Assembly: GCA_002269645.1 (NCBI GenBank)
Contig: NIVC01002910.1
Coordinates: 1-35,697, forward strand
DNA: 35,697 bases
Reading direction: 5' to 3'
DNA from: Macrostomum lignano
Taxonomy: Eukaryota
Shown piece after piece: positions 34,801 through 35,697 of this stretch. The notes under the pieces are model-generated. The model had not been told where the DNA came from and did no database searches. It saw nothing but the letters and a program-made list of their open reading frames with translations. The translations under genes and the position numbers were made by a program. Every line of letters begins with the position of its first letter. Positions within the stretch are counted from its first letter, which is position 1.

Positions 34801-35559
34801 TCAATTATCACCTGGCAAAATCGGTATTCGACATCTCCTTCTTCATCATTATCACCACCATCGGACTGAACATCATCTTCGGCATCATCGTGGACACCTT
34901 CAGCGAGCTGAGAGACTCCAAATGGCAGATCGACCAGGACATGACATCCGTGTGCTTCATCTGCTCCAGGAATGCCTACGATTTCGAGCATCATGGAGAA
35001 GTGAGTCACTGTTTTGACTGGCTCCGGATCAGGGCTTTACAAAAAAAACAATTTTAAGTCTTGAGCACACAAGCTTTTACTGCCCAGCTTTCTATAAAAA
35101 TGAGCTCAACTTGCTTTTAGGGATTCGAGAAGCACGTGAAAGAAGAGCACAACCAGTGGGCCTACCTGTTCTTTATGCTCTACCTGGAGGAGACCCGAGA
35201 GAATGACTACACTGCCATTGAGCTCTATGTATCTCGACTAGTGAGTTCGACACATTTTATTGTCTACCAACTGAACATTTTTCTGAAGCAAGTGAGAATT
35301 ACGTTTGGTGTAACAGATTCCTAAATTTGAACGGGCGTATGATCTTCATAATCGTCAAAGATGAGGTTCATTTAAACAAAACGTAAAATAACTCACTAAC
35401 CCTCACCCTAATCTATTCTAGTACGAAAAAGAAAAGCTGGACTTCTTTCCGCTGAACAAGTCCATAACGCTGGAGGCGGCCGAGGACAACCAAGAAGAGC
35501 TGAAGCTCGAGACACTGATGACACAGGTCTCATTTCTGGTGCACAAGTGGAAAGAAGAA
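10818..35559 (+). CDS. ITPR: Atypical inositol 1,4,5-trisphosphate receptor-like Ca2+ release channel (IP3R/RyR superfamily), multi-exon, 3' end beyond the window
   Basis: Hand-spliced core exons, all GT-AG and phase-consistent with no internal stop: 10818-10912, 11638-11708, 11979-12100, 12263-13045, 13509-13587, 13682-13770, 14046-14171, 14680-14817, 15061-15246, 18076-18198, 18277-18501, 19517-19627, 20035-20106, 20890-21129, 21269-21518, 22110-22209, 22283-22447, 22540-22627, 22745-22989, 23185-23308, 24348-25135, 27400-27502, 27579-27665, 27764-27868, 28438-28512, 28601-28730, 29051-29192, 29279-29425, 30265-30519, 30615-32012, 32288-32647, 33812-34038, 34165-34340, 34773-35000, 35121-35240, 35422-35559. 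Motifs: [11 protein letters not shown]; [15 protein letters not shown] (beta-trefoil); RQKLLR; RKN; LSVLCVCDG; [32 protein letters not shown] (RIH-associated); six hydrophobic segments; [17 protein letters not shown]; CFIC...H...[10 protein letters not shown]. Confidence 0.95.
13880..13954 (-). mobile_element. Possible degenerate tRNA-derived (SINE-head-like) sequence in a channel-gene intron
   Basis: The minus strand reads GGGGCAGGGCAGCTCAGCGGTAGACGCGTCTGACTCTCACG...GTGGCGCGATTCT. This has an A-box-like AGCTCAGCGG and a weak B-box-like GCGCGATTC. The stems do not pair cleanly, so it is not a functional tRNA. Confidence 0.3.
14920..15016. repeat. Short degenerate tandem repeat (about 16-bp period, core TTGTGAA) in an intron
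   Basis: Six TTGTGAA cores are visible between 14931 and 15008. Confidence 0.7.
15818..17726. repeat. Intronic minisatellite, 39-bp unit GGAGGCTTGAAGTGCTTTGGGACACCTCGGATGTTTATG, about 49 copies, with a 470-bp higher-order duplication
   Basis: 13-aa periodic ORFs appear on both strands. Identical 131-aa ORFs at 16187..16582 and 16657..17052 give a 470-bp offset (12 units plus two 1-bp insertions). Confidence 0.97.
18565..19453. repeat. Intronic minisatellite, 27-bp unit GATCATTGAATGACCAGTGAGGAATCC, about 33 copies
   Basis: Directly visible. It gives 9-aa periodic minus-strand ORFs (IPHWSFNDR / MIGFLTGHS). Confidence 0.97.
20114..20859. repeat. Near-perfect intronic 13-bp array (GGGATCGGGATCA)n, about 57 copies
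   Basis: Directly visible. It fills about 745 of the 783 nt of intron 20107..20889. Confidence 0.98.
21728..21766 (+). other. Candidate 39-nt cassette exon of the ITPR-like gene (phase 1/1)
   Basis: TTTCCAG acceptor and GTAAAT donor. It matches the host intron phase and adds [13 protein letters not shown] without a stop. Confidence 0.45.
25171..26441 (-). mobile_element. 5' half of a decayed piggyBac (PGBD4-like) transposon in a channel-gene intron
   Basis: Acidic N-terminus, [90 protein letters not shown] (first catalytic D). It has several frameshifts and the second-D region is degraded. A possible left end TTAA-CCC lies at 26435..26441. Confidence 0.87.
26567..26632 (+). other. Candidate 66-nt exon of the ITPR-like gene (phase 2/2)
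   Basis: TTGCAG acceptor and GTAATG donor; encodes [22 protein letters not shown] in frame. Confidence 0.45.
26876..26941 (+). other. Candidate 66-nt exon of the ITPR-like gene (phase 2/2)
   Basis: TTTTCAG acceptor and GTAATA donor; encodes [23 protein letters not shown] in frame. Confidence 0.45.
29570..29602 (+). other. Candidate 33-nt micro-exon of the ITPR-like gene (phase 2/2)
   Basis: TCTTTCAG acceptor and CAG|GTAAAG donor. The frame is preserved and open across both junctions. Confidence 0.55.
32791..32920. mobile_element. Possible 130-bp MITE-like element with about 27-bp imperfect terminal inverted repeats
   Basis: Left CAGTATACGGGTTTTCTCTGAGGGTTT versus reverse complement of the right end CAGTTTATACGGTTTTCTCTGACGGTCT. 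No clear target-site duplication. Confidence 0.55.
34453..34461 (+). other. Candidate 9-nt micro-exon (GAG GGC GAT, Glu-Gly-Asp) in the pore loop of the ITPR-like channel
   Basis: CTGAACTTTATCCCAG acceptor and a perfect GTAAGT donor. It is phase 0/0 inside the phase-0 intron 34341..34772. Confidence 0.55.
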
Positions 35560-35697
35560 GTGAGTCTGCAGTTAGTCATCATCCTAGTACGAGATGTGTT
35601 TACGTTCATATTCAAGCCCAGTTATTCTTAGAGAAAACGTAGACTTCTTAGGATGTCATTTGACTTCCAGAAATTCGACTGCCAAAAGGTTACGGGT

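Overview
This is eukaryotic (animal, probably invertebrate) genomic DNA with GT-AG introns, not a prokaryotic locus. Three host genes are present. (1) The 5' end of a CCDC63/CCDC114 (ODAD1)-family outer dynein arm docking gene on the minus strand, running off the left edge. (2) An IQUB gene on the minus strand with two single-base frameshifts. (3) A large multi-exon inositol 1,4,5-trisphosphate receptor-like channel gene on the plus strand (10818 to beyond the right edge). I could splice the channel gene by hand into one continuous frame of about 2,640-2,720 codons. It is atypical: the GGGxGD selectivity filter is replaced by GLIAGIYD, followed by a candidate 9-nt micro-exon (EGD). Several IP3-contact residues differ, and many introns hold frame-preserving candidate cassette exons. 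Between IQUB and the channel gene, a decayed Ty3/gypsy element is fused head-to-head with the 3' half of a piggyBac. The 5' half of a piggyBac lies in a channel-gene intron. Four large tandem arrays (21, 39, 27 and 13 bp units) account for most of the long spurious ORFs. RFX X-box-like motifs lie upstream of all three genes. All exon calls and alignments were made by eye, and reference residue numbers are recalled and should be checked by alignment.
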